Shown: in pieces, positions 13,322 through 26,324 of the stretch | Numbering within the stretch: position 1 is the first letter of the stretch | Layout of the letters: every line of letters begins with the position of its first letter | From: Hemiscyllium ocellatum | Lineage: Eukaryota | NCBI RefSeq assembly: GCF_020745735.1 | Contig: NC_083420.1 | Coordinates: 36,394,001 to 36,458,000 of the forward strand | Direction of reading: 5' to 3' | DNA length: 64,000 nt | Position numbers and translations under genes: made by a program | Notes under the pieces: model-generated | Seen by the model: the letters and a program-made list of their open reading frames with translations, nothing else | What the model was told of the DNA's origin: nothing | Databases searched by the model: none

Positions 13322-15854
13322 AACTTTCCAAAGCCAGAGAAGTAGGAAGAAATGCTCCAAGCATCCCACGGTTATGCTTGTGGTATCCTGTGAAACTGAG
13401 AGAACTGCTCTTCACTTTTGGATTCTTCATGTAGAGAACAGGACTCCATCCTCAGAAAACAGGAGAAAGTTGGCTTGCTTAATCCCTGCACTGACACAGA
13501 TTTATGTTTGGAACTTAGCATCCCACAACAAACTGCTTTGCTGCACTTCATTCTTAAGATTGGACAGGAAGACAATAAATATTGTAAAATTGATGACAGA
13601 TTAGGTGAGATCCCTGCTAATACTTCCACTCATTGTGGTATACAATCATCAAATGGACTGTCCTGCACAGCGATGGGGAACTAAGACAGAAGGTGGAGAG
13701 AAGTGACCTATTGATAATGATGTACCACTTAACAATGATGTCACCTCTGGGGAAGCAAAACTGTTTCTGTCAAGGAGGCCTCTTTCCTGGAAGCATCGTC
13801 AGGACTAATATTCATAAATGAACTGAATTGACTCATCAACATACTTGTGCCATACACATAATCACTGACCATTGCAGAAGACTGGAAGGCAGCAGCTAAA
13901 GATGCCTGAACAAGTTGTTTCATTGCATGTATCTATAATTTTGCTCTACAAGAATGATTTCTATAGTAACTAAAAATAATGACAAGTTACTTGATAAGAC
14001 TCCTGCTTTGTCATTAACTCCAGAAAGAGGAGACACGGTAGAATCCCAACAACAATTTGTACCACACTGTAACAATTGATACTGGAAATGTCATCAGTGC
14101 TCTTGTGACTTGTGAAGAATCTGCTATTTGTGATACTGGTATGAAGGTTTATAGGGTAACATTGCTGCAGCATGATCTTATTACCAATGATTCGACAGGT
14201 CTTTTTCTGCAGAGATTATTTTCATAGAGTAATTAATGCAACCTAATTTTTAAAAAAGATTTTAATTCTGTTTGAACAACCAAAGTGACTTTTCATATCA
14301 GGAATAGATGATCATCCCTTGATGTCAGTAGGAATAACTACCATCATTAACCCTGCTGTACTGAAGCCAGTGCTGTTTTGCTGAGTTAAACTAATATACT
14401 GTAAGAAGAGGTGGGAGTATAGTGGGTAGTCGATAGTGATCAAGAATGGAAACCACAAAACTCAGGACTTTGCTGGACCACTGCTATCTCCCAGCTAATT
14501 CTGCACAAATCCCATTACTGCCAGTTCTGTAACTCAGCTACTCACTCTTTTTGTCAGCACATCAGGGGAGGGCCAATCATTATTTGGGTTCATAATTGTA
14601 CAAATTCAGTGGAAGTTTCTGTGGGCTGTATACATTGCCTACATAGTGAAGTAGGACATAATTTAAAATGAGCTCTGCACAATTGGGAGTGAATGTACTT
14701 GTATCTATTATTTGGACATTTGACCATGTGAAGTTTATTTTTGGAAGGGAGAGGAGAAACCAGGTACATGGTAACCTGTACTGCTGCTGGTATGTGAGAG
14801 CTGATATAGTGTCAAACATATTCTTGTGTTCGTTTTTTTTAAATCTACAGAAAAGTATATGGCACAGAAAGGTCCATTCAAACTCCATCTTCCAGCTCTT
14901 GGACTGAGCCATGTAGGTTATAGCACTTCACGTGCATAGTCAAGTATTTTTAAGTAGTTAAATACAGCAATGAGTTCTAAGTCTTTACAGTCCTCTGGGT
15001 GAAAAAGATTATCAATTCCTTCAGCCAATTGTTTTTAAAAAACTCTGCTGTGCCTTGTGGTTCTTGATCTCTCTGCTAATGGAAATAAGTGACAGTAGTT
15101 TTAGTGTATTCTTAAATGCAATTGAAAAATCAAACTGCCAAAGATGTGGGGTGGATTAAAAATGGTTTGTTGCAGATAAATTGTAGGAATAGATGCATTT
15201 AGAACTTTGGGAAAACACTGGGAATTTGAAGTGCAATATATTTAGTTTTAGATACAAATATTAAGATAACTGGTTTATTTCTACTCATCATTTTAAATTG
15301 CTAGCTGCTTTGCTGAAAAATTATCTATATTGATATTATAAGTGTTTGACATCTGCTCTTTGGATTTCTTTCATAGTTGACATGTCAACACCTGCAGTAC
15401 CTGATATGTTTACACTGTTATTTTCCTGCTATGCTCTGTGTGTGCAAAGCTTGCGCACATTATTTTCTTGCCCAGTCTCACTGGCTGGGTGGTTTGAGAG
15501 TTTGGAAACTTGCTGCACAAGCATTGCTGTGAGCCCATCCTAAAAACAGTTGTGCTTTCAGTCTTGTGTTACACATCCCTCTCAACAGGTTGCAGGAGTT
15601 CATTGGTCTCTGACTGCTTTGGTGGCTGAAACCCTTTCTGGTTTCCAATAAGTTGCTTACTACGGCCACTAAAGGGCATAATTTATTAGTGCTGTGTATC
15701 CTACTCCATTTATATTCCTTTTCCATTCAGATAAATGTTTTATAAAAGAGAGCAAATCAAGCTAAACAATTGTGGTGAGTTTTTAAGCAACACTGACTGT
15801 ATAGAACCTATCTTTAATATGTAGGAAACAGAATTATGGCACATGATTGTGTTA

Positions 15855-15958
15855 AATAAAGTTCACCTTCCTGTATCTCAACTTTGATTGTACATAGAGT
15901 TTACACTGTAAATAGGAGCAAAAATCTTTTGTATTGGAAAGTAAAACAATAAAATAAA
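15855..15958 (+). terminator. Candidate polyadenylation signals of ERN2 (AATAAA at 15855, 15948, 15953)
   Basis: Cluster of AATAAA hexamers about 2.6 kb after the ERN2 stop and just before the PLK1 3' end. Use is inferred, not shown. Confidence 0.45.
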
Positions 15959-16285
15959 ATTCCTAAACACCAACAGTGCTATGCTTTCTTCCTACAAGGA
16001 GCAGAAGTGTTCACATAGGGGGGAGAAAAAGAAAAGGTTAATTTGACAATGGTAGCAGTCAGCTTTTTGTATTGTTTTCTCACTTTCTGTAAGGCAGAGA
16101 CAGACCTGCTGTTTCTGTTGATCGATGTGTATGCCTACTTACCAGGAGTAAGTTTTAGAGGTCCTTCAGGAGGTACTAGCCATCAAGCTAACAAAAAAAA
16201 AGGAGGCCCCAACATATTTAAATATTGTCTTTTTTCTTCCACTCCATCTCTAAATTAAACACTACAATAATTATTCAAGAACAGA

Positions 16286-16291
16286 TTTATT
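16286..16291 (-). terminator. Candidate PLK1 polyadenylation signal AATAAA (a second one at 16418-16423)
   Basis: tttatt on + strand, ~720 nt past the PLK1 stop, at the end of an AU-rich UTR. Confidence 0.5.
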
Positions 16292-17007
16292 ACTTTAATA
16301 TGTTACAATTTTTAAAATGTATTAAGTACAAAACTTTCTCCCATTAAACAGAGACCAGTGTTAATAGCTGTACAAATAGTTGTTCCTAAAAGGTTCATCA
16401 ACTGTATTCAGGGTGGGTTTTATTGGATGGAAATAGGGTCAAAAAAGTTTAGCAAAATATATTCATATCAAGTTCTAATTTGTTTTTCAACTAAGCACTT
16501 TTACACGCCCATTGAAATCAGTCACTGCATTTCCTATTGTTGTTAGAACACCAACACAGGTGTTGTTCTTCAACCACTAGAGTTCCTCATCAGAACAGGA
16601 GGGGTTGGAGCAAGAAAATACAAAGTGCAAGACACAACTGTTGCCTGAGAAGCAGTTGATCAAGGTTGTAAAGTGCTGTTGCCAGAGTATAAAAAGGTAG
16701 AACAACTAGACACCTGCAAAGAGGAGTGTAAAGCAAGTTTGGTGGTACACACAATGTACAGCTTAAATTTACATGATCTCATCTGCTGAGTCACTACACA
16801 TAATGGAGAGTCACCATGTTTCTTCCCTCCCCCCTACTCGATTCAAACACATTGTTCACTTGTTTACTTCAAAAAAGTGTTTTAATACAAAAAAAAACCG
16901 AGCCGTACAAAAAGAGGGATTTATTTACACAAGTTTTTTGCCCCCTAAAGTAGGAAAGAATCGGTCCAATGGGGGCACTCAAGTCAGCCAGCCAGAAGCT
17001 CCAGTCT

Positions 17008-17214
17008 TCATGCTGAGTGTTTGACCCGTGTTCCCATAGTTTTTGTGGTGAGCAGCTTCTCCACCATGGTGCGTGCATAACGCAGTCGGCTCGCCAGCTC
17101 CTTACAGCAGCCATGTTCCTCAATCATGCTCAGCTTGAATGTGTGGAATTCTCGTTTCTCGTCAATATAGGTTACAGCATTCATTAGTGGGCACAGGATG
17201 ATTTTAGTGTGGTC
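17008..17214 (-). CDS. PLK1: PLK1 coding exon 11 (last), polo-box 2: [68 protein letters not shown]
   Basis: AG acceptor at 17215-17216, DHTK phospho-pincer motif, TGA at 17008-17010. Confidence 0.96.
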   Translation of the reverse strand, partial: DHTKIILCPLMNAVTYIDEKREFHTFKLSMIEEHGCCKELASRLRYARTMVEKLLTTKTMGTRVKHSA

Positions 17215-17298
17215 CTGGAAGAGTGAGTTTTAAAGATTCTTCATGTTGCATTTGTTCACCAACAGTAACTTTAAGTGGCAATTTAAAGAGGTACTCAC

Positions 17299-17481
17299 CT
17301 GGAAGAAGTTGATTTGAACAGTGCCATTGCTGAGGTGCAACACAATTGCACTACGAGTCCTGAACCAGATCCGCAAGAATGGAAGCCGTGCCAACTCGTC
17401 ACCTTCCCGGGGAGTGATGTTGGCCCCTGCCTTCAACAAGTGCTCACTCATGTAATTACGGAAGTATTTGAGTAGAGTTGC
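17299..17481 (-). CDS. PLK1: PLK1 coding exon 10: [61 protein letters not shown]
   Basis: 183 bp, GT-AG, near-identical to the vertebrate PLK1 polo-box region. Confidence 0.97.
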
Positions 17482-17789
17482 CTGCAAGAAGAGCACTCTT
17501 ATGAGCAACACACCTACTGGCTATAAATTCAATATGTTCGTTTCCATGCTTTCGTTTTGGGGTAGGTGAAAAAAGTTGTCACCTAATTCAGGTCATTTCG
17601 AATATCACCATTCGGGGAGAAAGCAACAGTTTGACAGGTACTCACCATCCTCCTACTTTAGATAAGTCAGAGTCAAGATGACAACAATTCAATTGTCAAA
17701 AAGGAATGAGCCAGGCTCAATCCTTTCCACAGTTCTACAGGAACCAGTGGCTCTGATTTTGATTGTCCCTAAACTGTGTTATCAAACAG

Positions 17790-17880
17790 TTCTGGATGTA
17801 AATTTGCTCACTGAGCCAGAAGGTTCATTTTCAGACATTGTCACCATACTAGGTAAACAGTGAGCCTCCGGTGAAGCACT
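17790..17880 (-). mobile_element. Degenerate fragment of the same Penelope-like family as 4222-4540 (hammerhead core partly deleted)
   Basis: Aligns by eye to 4220-4318. Confidence 0.6.
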
Positions 17881-18391
17881 ATTTATAAGGTCACCAACAC
17901 CAAGTTGAAAACAAACCTTCCGACTCAGAGGAGGATTACTCAGATGGACTAATAGCCTCACAGACCCAACAATTATACTTCTCATGCTGAAATCAAATGG
18001 GGTCTTGGCGAGTGAGCTGTTTACTGTAGGATGACATTTTAAGAACAGGTTCTGACAAGTGTTAGAATGGGGTGTCATGTGCACACATTACGTATATTGC
18101 AGAACATCAAGTGGCAATTCAGAGCTAAAACATATCCATGCCAAGAAATGTCTAGGTTGGAGTTCAAAACCACTCCTCCTGTCAGAGTCAAGAGTGATTT
18201 CACCAAGATTTAAAAAAAAAGTTTCCTCCCTGTTACATTACATTTAACAGGAGACAGACCATATGCGTACAACAAATTGGATGGAATTGCTTGAATTTCT
18301 CGAATGCTTATAATTAATAAGGCAGATCAGGGCCTCGAGTACAATTATGATGGCGGCTAATAAATTCTGCCAATGCTTCAGTGACACTCAC

Positions 18392-18546
18392 CTTTTTACT
18401 TAGGCTGGGAGGGTAAGATCGAAAGTTCAGGTAAGTCTCAGTCATGTCACGCTCAATGTATTGAAGACTCTCCCCATCATTGTACATAATTAAACGAGTG
18501 GAATCATTGAAGAGTACACCAACACTGTTGTCGCATAACTGATAAC
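18392..18546 (-). CDS. PLK1: PLK1 coding exon 9, polo-box 1: YQLCDNSVGVLFNDSTRLIMYNDGESLQYIERDMTETYLNFRSYPPSLSKK
   Basis: 155 bp, GT-AG, YQLCDNSVGVLFNDSTRL motif. Confidence 0.97.
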
Positions 18547-18992
18547 CTAGAGAATGATTTGATTTCCAGTCAGTGTACTGCTACAAGGTAAATTAACAAG
18601 ACATTATGTAGGAGGCTACCTACTTAAGATACAGCTTCTGACCAGGAGAAAAATAGCTCCCTTGTATATTAGGTGTCTCAAGACACCAATTAAAAAAAAA
18701 ATCCACAAAAGTCTCAAGCGACAGGGTTATAAACTGAAATATGGAGAATGCAAAAAAGGTCCTGAACCAGTGTCGCAATATCTGTATCTCCACTTATCCT
18801 TCTAGATCAGACTGGACTACAGGACAGTTATAGCTTACTTGAGGCAAAATCCAACATTTCACTCATTGCAGGAGCTTTCTTCTGATGATATCCAGTAAAT
18901 TGACTACAGATCAGACATAAGCAGATAAATTATTACAATCCTAGTGCATTACACAAGTTTTATGAAATAGTATTGTTTAGAACATTACTTAC

Positions 18993-19070
18993 CTAAACCA
19001 TATTTATCTGAATAATCCACCCATTTGCTGACCCAGAAGATTGGTATACAGGCTGGGTCTTCAGCCTCCT
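18993..19070 (-). CDS. PLK1: PLK1 coding exon 8, polo-cap: [27 protein letters not shown]
   Basis: 78 bp, GT-AG, invariant [13 protein letters not shown] motif. Confidence 0.97.
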
Positions 19071-19480
19071 CTACAAAGGGGAAACAACATGGTAAATACT
19101 GCATTTAATCGAGAGAACTCAAACAAAAACAGGGAGGGAGGTAAACAGTTATCCTGGGGTAGAGTCAACACATTGAACTTACCAACTATTTAAAAGTAGT
19201 TTTTTTTAAAAAAAAACCTCTATCAGGAACATTGATTTATGGGATGCTTCACAGTACAATATTTTGTTTCCTCATTAGCAGTGGAGGCAGCCAAAGCGCT
19301 TGCCTATGCACATTTCCTTAGTTACTCTGCCACCCCCACCCACCTCCCAAAACAGGTCACTAGAAGTCAGTTTGAGGGGTGCCACACCATGTGAAATATT
19401 GCTGACTTGGGAGTTTCTTGCTTGTACTGCTTGTCTGAGGCATATTGGTAAGATTTACAATTTGATAATGTGGGGATACA

Positions 19481-21310
19481 GTCAGATGTACAGCATGGAA
19501 ACAGACCCTTCGGTCCAACCTGTCCATGCTGACCAGCTATCCCATCCCAATCTAGTCCCACCTGCCAACATCCAGCCCATATCCCACCAAACCCTTTCTA
19601 TTCATATACCCATCCAAATGCCTTTTAAATGTTGCAATTGTACCAGCCTCCACCACATCCTCTGGCAGCTCATTCCATACACGTACCACCCACTGCGTAA
19701 AAACGTTGCCCCTTAGGTTTCTTTTATATCTTTCCCCTCACCCTAAACCGTTTCAAGACATCCAGCACTTCCTCCTCTATAATCTGGACATTTTGCAAGA
19801 TATCACCATCTATTTCCCTACAATCTATATCTTCCATATCCTTTTCCACAGCAAATACTGATGCAAAATATTCATTTAGTATCTCCCCCATTTTCTGTGG
19901 CTCCACGCAAAGGCCACCTTGCTGATCTTGGAGGGGCCCTATTCTCTGCCTAGTTACCCTTTTCTCTTTAATATATTTGTAAAAACCCTTTGGATTCTCC
20001 TTAATTCTATTTGCCAAAGCTATCTCATGTCCCCGTTTTGCCCTCCTGATTTCCCTCTTAAAGTATACTCCTACTGCCTTTATACTCTTCCAAGGATTCA
20101 CTCAATCTATCCTGTCTGTACCTGACATATGCTTCCTTCTTTTTCCTAACCAAACCCTCAATTTCTTTAGTCATCCAGCATTCCCTTTCACCCTGACAGG
20201 AAGATACTTTCTCTGGATTCTTGTTATCTCATTTCTGAAGGCTTCCCATTTTCCAGCCATCCCTTTACCTGCGAACGTCTGCCCACAATCAGCTTTTGAA
20301 AGTTCTTGCCTAATACCATCAAAATTGGCCTTTCTCCAATTTAGAACTTCAACTTTTAGATCTGGTCTATCCTTTTCCATCACTATTTTAAATCTAATAG
20401 AATTATGGTCGCTGGCCCCAAAGTGCACCCCCACTGACACCTCAGTCACTTGCCCTGCCTTATTTCCCAAGAGTAGGTCAAGGTTTGCATCTTCTCTAGT
20501 AGGTACATCCACATACTGAATCAGAAAATTGTCTTGTACACACAAATTCCTCTCCATCTAAACCTTTAACACTATGGCAGTCCCAGTCGATGTTTAGAAA
20601 GTTAAAATCCCTGACCATAATCACCCTATTATTCTTACAGACAGCTGAGATCTCCTTACAAGTGTGTTTCTCAATTTCCCTCTGACTATTGGTGGGTCTA
20701 TAATACAATCCCAATAAGCTGATCATCCCTTTCTTATTTCTCAGTTCCACCCAAATGCCTTCCCTGGATGTATTTCCGGGAATGTCCTCCCTTAGCATAG
20801 CTGTAATGCTATCCCTTATCAAAAATGCCACTCCCCCTCCTCTTTTGCCTCCCTTTCTATCCTTCCTGTAGCATTTGTATCCTGGAACATTCAGCTGCCA
20901 GTCCTGCCCATCCCTGAGCCATGTTTCCATAATTGCTATGATATCCCAGTCCCATGTTCCTAACCATGCCCTGAGATCATCTGCTTTCCCCGTTAGGCCC
21001 CTTGCATTGAAATAAATGCAGTTTAAATTTATTAGTCCTACCTTGTCCCTGCCTACCCGGACTGCTCGACTCATTTCTGTTCTCAGCTGTACCTGTCTCA
21101 GATCGATTGCTTTCCTCACTATCTCCCTGGGTCCCACCCCCCACCTTACTAGTTTAAATCCTCCCAAACAGTTTTAGCAAATTTCCCTGCCAGTATGTTA
21201 GTCCCCTTCCAATAGTCCTTCTTGTACAGGTCACTTCTACCCCAGAAGAGATTCCAATGATCCAAAATTGTGAATCCTTCTCCCATACACCAGCTCCTCA
21301 GCCATGCACT
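19481..21310 (-). mobile_element. CR1 LINE: ORF1 C-terminus (SGNH esterase-like), APE endonuclease and 3' end, with the RT domain deleted
   Basis: ORFs WLRSWC..EGFTILDHW..FWGRSDLYKKD, CIYFNARGL..K...DIIAIMETWL and HFGASDHN. The linker is fused directly to the 3' end near 19750. Confidence 0.88.
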
Positions 21311-21652
21311 TGCAGGGTCATCAAGTCCTGGAATTGGAGCTTGTGGCTCACAGACAGGGACCCTATCATACTGTGACACAGGATCTCCTGCTTACAGCAT
21401 GCTTATTCATCCACAAAAGAAAAATATAGTGATTACTTGAATTGATCAAGAAATTTAAATAATTTGTTAAACTCAATACACAATATTTTCACAACATACA
21501 AAACAATTGACAACATGATCAACCTGCTGCATCCCATTGCCATTAAATGGGAGATTAATTGTTCACACTAGACTGTCTTATTATTCCAGATCAAGGTAGC
21601 CTAAAATGCATTTAAAAAAACAAACATTTTCAGGAGAAGGCAGTTTCTGTAC

Positions 21653-21753
21653 CTTGTCTGATGACTGGTTTGTCAGCTGGCCTTGCTGCTACTACACTGC
21701 TTAACTGTTGCAATAGATCAGAGAGGTAGAAATCATTGCATTCCCCGCCATCC
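21653..21753 (-). CDS. PLK1: PLK1 coding exon 7, linker: DGGECNDFYLSDLLQQLSSVVAARPADKPVIRQ
   Basis: tctacag acceptor, G|gtacag donor, 101 bp. Resembles the human LSDMLQQLHSVNASKP...VRQ segment. Confidence 0.9.
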
Positions 21754-22810
21754 CTGTAGAAAATATAAATTAAGTTTAGTCAAAATGTAATGTTGTGGAA
21801 TTTTTAGCTATCCTCAGTTTAACAGTCACCATTATTAACAATTGCCACCGATATCCTCAAGAGAAGAAAGTCTGCCTTTCTCACTCAGTTTGGCCAACTC
21901 AGTCGGACTCTAGACCCTCAGCAATGTGGTTAACTTTTAAACAACCTTGAAAATCCGTTCAAGGACAGTTAGGGATAGCCAACACATGCTGGCGACATCC
22001 AGGTCCTACGAAGGAATAAAAAATGTTTGCAACATCTTGCACAACCAACAAAGCTTGAAGACAAGCAATCGCAGTACATAGCGGTTTAATCCAAGTCAAA
22101 AACACAAGTCATCCTATAAACAGGAGGATTTTTTTGCTCAGATTTGTGGTTTGATTAGAGCAATACAGTACCAATGACCTACAGTTCAGAAAATTCTGAG
22201 TATTGGATGGTATCTGGAAATACTATTGGAGGTCTTCCTTTAAAATTCCCTTCCTGTATTTAAACAGATGTGCATAGCATGAGTGGTATAGAAGTCCATA
22301 GATTAAAAACTCTGGCTGAAATGGGAACAAGTAACAATTGTGTCACACAAATGCCAGGCAGTGAGCACCTCCAATAAGAGATAGTTGAATCACCAATCAT
22401 CATTACTGAATTCCTGACTATTATCACAGAGGGTTACCATTCACCACAAACTGGCTAGGAATCCTGCAGTAAACAACTCATCATACTCCCCATAGCCTGT
22501 TCCCTATCTGCAAGGGTGAATGTGATGGCATAGTCCCCATGTGTCTGGATAAGAGAACCAGGGTCACGCCTTGAGGGAGCTAAGGGTAGGCCACAAGTGC
22601 TGGCCCAGACAGTAATGCCCACATTCCATGAGTGAATTTAAAAAAAAACCCCAAAAAAATTACATTTCCAACAATAATGAAATACTACAGGTCCAAAGCA
22701 TTAAGACCGGAATCTCCTTCCCATATTATTTAAAAACTTCCATTGACTTGCATGAGACAAGTCAATTCAGAAGGCAAAATACCAGTTTAAAAAAAAAGGG
22801 TATTATTTAC

Positions 22811-22853
22811 CTTGCTACTCCATCATCTTCTGACTTGCCTGGTCTGTCACCAG
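22811..22853 (-). CDS. PLK1: PLK1 coding exon 6, 43-bp linker micro-exon: (A)GDRPGKSEDDGVA(R)
   Basis: gttgcag acceptor, AG|gtaaat donor. Its length (3n+1) is exactly what is needed to join phase-1 exon 5 to phase-2 exon 7. Confidence 0.8.
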
Positions 22854-23759
22854 CTGCAACATCTATTGGGTTAACATTAGAAGGATCAATAACTTAAGAC
22901 ATAATTTTTAGAGAATCTCAAGTCATTAGAGGAAGTGATTTTCAATGGACTGTCCTGATATGGTCAGGAATTACAGTCAACTGTTATAATGTGCATTTCA
23001 TCAACACAAATTGGGTATAACACAATTGAAGAATTTAGACCATTAGTTGTACAACACAAACTTGCTTTAAGTGTATTGGCTATGACATGATTCTGGTCCA
23101 ATTGGTTTAAATTGGCCTGCAATTATGAGATTTTCTTGTAACATGGGATTGCACAGGAACAATCACATTATATCAGAACAGATTGGATAATGCAGGCAAA
23201 TCACAGACCAATTCTTTTAGACTAGAGGCAGAAACATACGTTGCCAATTATAATCTTTTTAGCAAGTTGTGAAATGTAGTGGTGAGACCAGCTTGCAATT
23301 AAAAATTGCTAATTCAATAACACAAAACAGTGCTGCACTTAAAAACATCTCACTTGAAACAAAACAAAATTTATGCATTCTAATATGGGTGTTGAATATA
23401 AATAGAAAAAAAAAACAATGAAATTAAAAAAAAAGTTTTCCCAACATGGGGGTCAAGGTTTTGACACTATCCTATTAACTACTCGGAGTTACTTAGCTGT
23501 GAAGGAACTTGCCCCAGAAAGCTTTTTCAACCAAGCCTCACAGCCATGATAGAACAGAACCAAAAAGTCAAACAGCGCAAGGTAATTTAAGAGTGTGGCA
23601 TTAACATAATTGTTCCCAATTTCTTTTTGAGACAGCCAGAGTGCTAATGCTCTCATTGCAGAGGTTTCAGTCAGCTGTCACCTAATATCATTCTACAGAT
23701 AGAGTAACTGGAAGCCTCAGTGGTGACATCGGGAATATAGCAAAGTTGCCAGATAGTAA

Positions 23760-24058
23760 TCATACAATCCGTACAGCGTGGAAGCAGGCCATTCGACGCG
23801 AAGAGTATCCCATCCAGACCCACTCTGCAACCCTATCCCTGTAACCCTGCATTCCCATGGCTAATCTACCATGCATGCACATCACTGGGCACTATGTTTC
23901 CCAATCTACTTCACCTGCACAGCTTTGGACTGAGAGAAAACTGAAGCATCCAGAGGAATCTCACGCAGACACAGGGAAAACATGCAAACAATTGCCCAAG
24001 GCTAGAGTTGAACCTGGGTCCCTGGTACTGTGAGACATCAGTTTGAACCACTTGGCTC
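23760..24058 (-). mobile_element. Degenerate HE1/V-SINE-type SINE
   Basis: Similar to 9792-10101. Confidence 0.7.
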
Positions 24059-24366
24059 AGTTTAGTGCTGAGCAACGGTATCATTACTGATTCCTTCATT
24101 TTGGACTTTGAACATCTTGCATAACAGTGGATGAAGTATTCAGTGGTCACTGGTGGTCAAATGAAGGGAATTACATGTTGCCTTTGTTGTATTCCACATA
24201 TTCTGTTCCCCTTGTTGTCCATTCCACGTGTGAAAGTCTTCACAGCACATCATTCTTATAGCTTACATTCCAATCTAGTGTTGTTATATTGACAGAAGTC
24301 CTAATTCATGCAACACAATATGTACACAATACAAGTCAAGGACCAGCACCGCTCAACATATGATAC

Positions 24367-24586
24367 CTTTGTTGAGTTCAGTGAGAGGTCGTCTCAGATT
24401 AGAATCAATCCCACCAGGCGCAAGAGAAAATCGGGGAGCCATAGTCAAGCAGGTTGTAGGCAAACGGACAGGTAGGTAGCCAGATTTAAAGAACTCATCA
24501 TTCAACAGCTCATGGATGTTAGGCCGTGCACTTGGATCAGACCGAAGCATCCGCTGTATGAGGCTGGCAGCCACAGGATTAACATG
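24367..24586 (-). CDS. PLK1: PLK1 coding exon 5, kinase C-terminus and D-box (RRPLTELN)
   Basis: 220 bp, GT-AG. Translates [14 protein letters not shown]...[14 protein letters not shown]...RRPLTELNK. Confidence 0.96.
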
Positions 24587-25433
24587 CTAGAAAAGGGATC
24601 AGATCAGTTAATGGTTACAAACTGAAGATGGAATTTATAGAATTTAAAACAGACAATTAAACTGATCCAGACCCACCTGTTCACAGTATCTATTTCTGCA
24701 TTCTCTCTCTCCCCCCCACCGTCTGACCTAGCTTTCTCTTCAAAAGTGTACATTATTCAACTCACCCAGTTCATGTGATAATAAGTGCCATATTTTTATT
24801 AGTCTGACTGACTAAATCAGTGTTCCTCATCATGGAGGATGGAGATATTTGTGCAGCCATTGCCTTTAGCACATTGTTTTAAGATTGCCCACAACTGGCA
24901 AGACTGCCTGGAAAGTTAATCGCAGGTTATCGTTCTGAGATTACCATCAATGCCTCAGCATCTAAAATGCATTATGGTCAAATACTAGCAGCTTCGATGT
25001 GAAGAGACACCATCATAATGAGGCCAATGCTGATCAGTTCAACAAAGAACGTCAGAGCACAAAAAGAGAAACATATGTTGAACTGGTTTTGTTAGGCAGA
25101 AGGCAGTACGATTGTGAATAGTACTTGACAGATCTTTAGAATTCAACCAAGAGCCTATCCCACGTGCCTGTAAGTCTGCACAATGCAAATGGAATTTCAG
25201 AAAAGGTGCAGACTCATCATTGAAACAGTCAGTCAAACTGGCTAGTCATTTTTCTTTCATTTTATGCCTTAAAATTGATTTGTCTGTGACAATGGCAGGG
25301 GTTACAATCAAAGAAAACAACAATATTCCCACCCCATAGTGGTTAGTGTGCACCAAACCTTGTTTAACACTAGCTTTCACATTACAGATATTTTTGGAGC
25401 AATTTTCCCAGAATAATAGTTAAATGCACCCAC

Positions 25434-25527
25434 CTTGGGAATATTGTACTCATTTTTCTTTATCCTCAAATAGGTCTCTTTCAGACAGGAAGTTTCAAAT
25501 GGCGGCTTCCCCACAAGCAGTGTATAC
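25434..25527 (-). CDS. PLK1: PLK1 coding exon 4: [31 protein letters not shown]
   Basis: 94 bp, GT-AG, conserved PLK1 kinase segment. Confidence 0.97.
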
Positions 25528-25624
25528 CTTCAAGTATTAGTGGAGAAATCAGAGTTAAAAAGTGACAAGATGTAATACGTTTTTTAAAAATTAAAATAAC
25601 CCAACAGCAGAGATGATTTACTCA

Positions 25625-25810
<186 letters not shown>

Positions 25811-26324
25811 TCACAAATTGGTGACAGCACAGGGAGCAATTTGACTAGTGCTAATTCCCTAATATAGCAACTTAAAATCATCCCACCTTCACCGTAGTTT
25901 CACTGTACTCCTCATTCTCTTAGAGATTGATCCAATTTGTTTTTTGGATTGACACTATCAAGCTGTACCTTTTTAGATCTGAACCATCTACTACTAGTTT
26001 GTTTGTCTCCAGTGGGGAATAACACCTCCCTGTCTCTCTCAGTCATGCACTCAAATTTACCGTGCCAGTCTACGTATTCCCTTGAAATCCTCCATTCCTT
26101 TAAAATGGCACTGGCAATTTCCACAATCCGAATATCCCCTCTTGCTGGATTAGCAGTGCCCATTCAAGAACCACTAACGTGCAAACCTGCCACCAAACCC
26201 AGGAAAGTTAGGGCCAATTCAAGCTTTACTGTCAAAGAAATGACTACAGTAATCAACTTCCCTAATCATTTTTGGTTAAAAATAGTGTGTGCATACTAAA
26301 GGCTTTGTAAGAGAAAAGCAAATG

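Noticed and set aside
13372-13923. Several overlapping short ORFs after the ERN2 stop
   Set aside because: They lie in the presumptive 3'UTR with no motifs or splice support.
22972-23190. Possible old TA-flanked MITE
   Set aside because: Terminal repeats are too degraded to support by eye.
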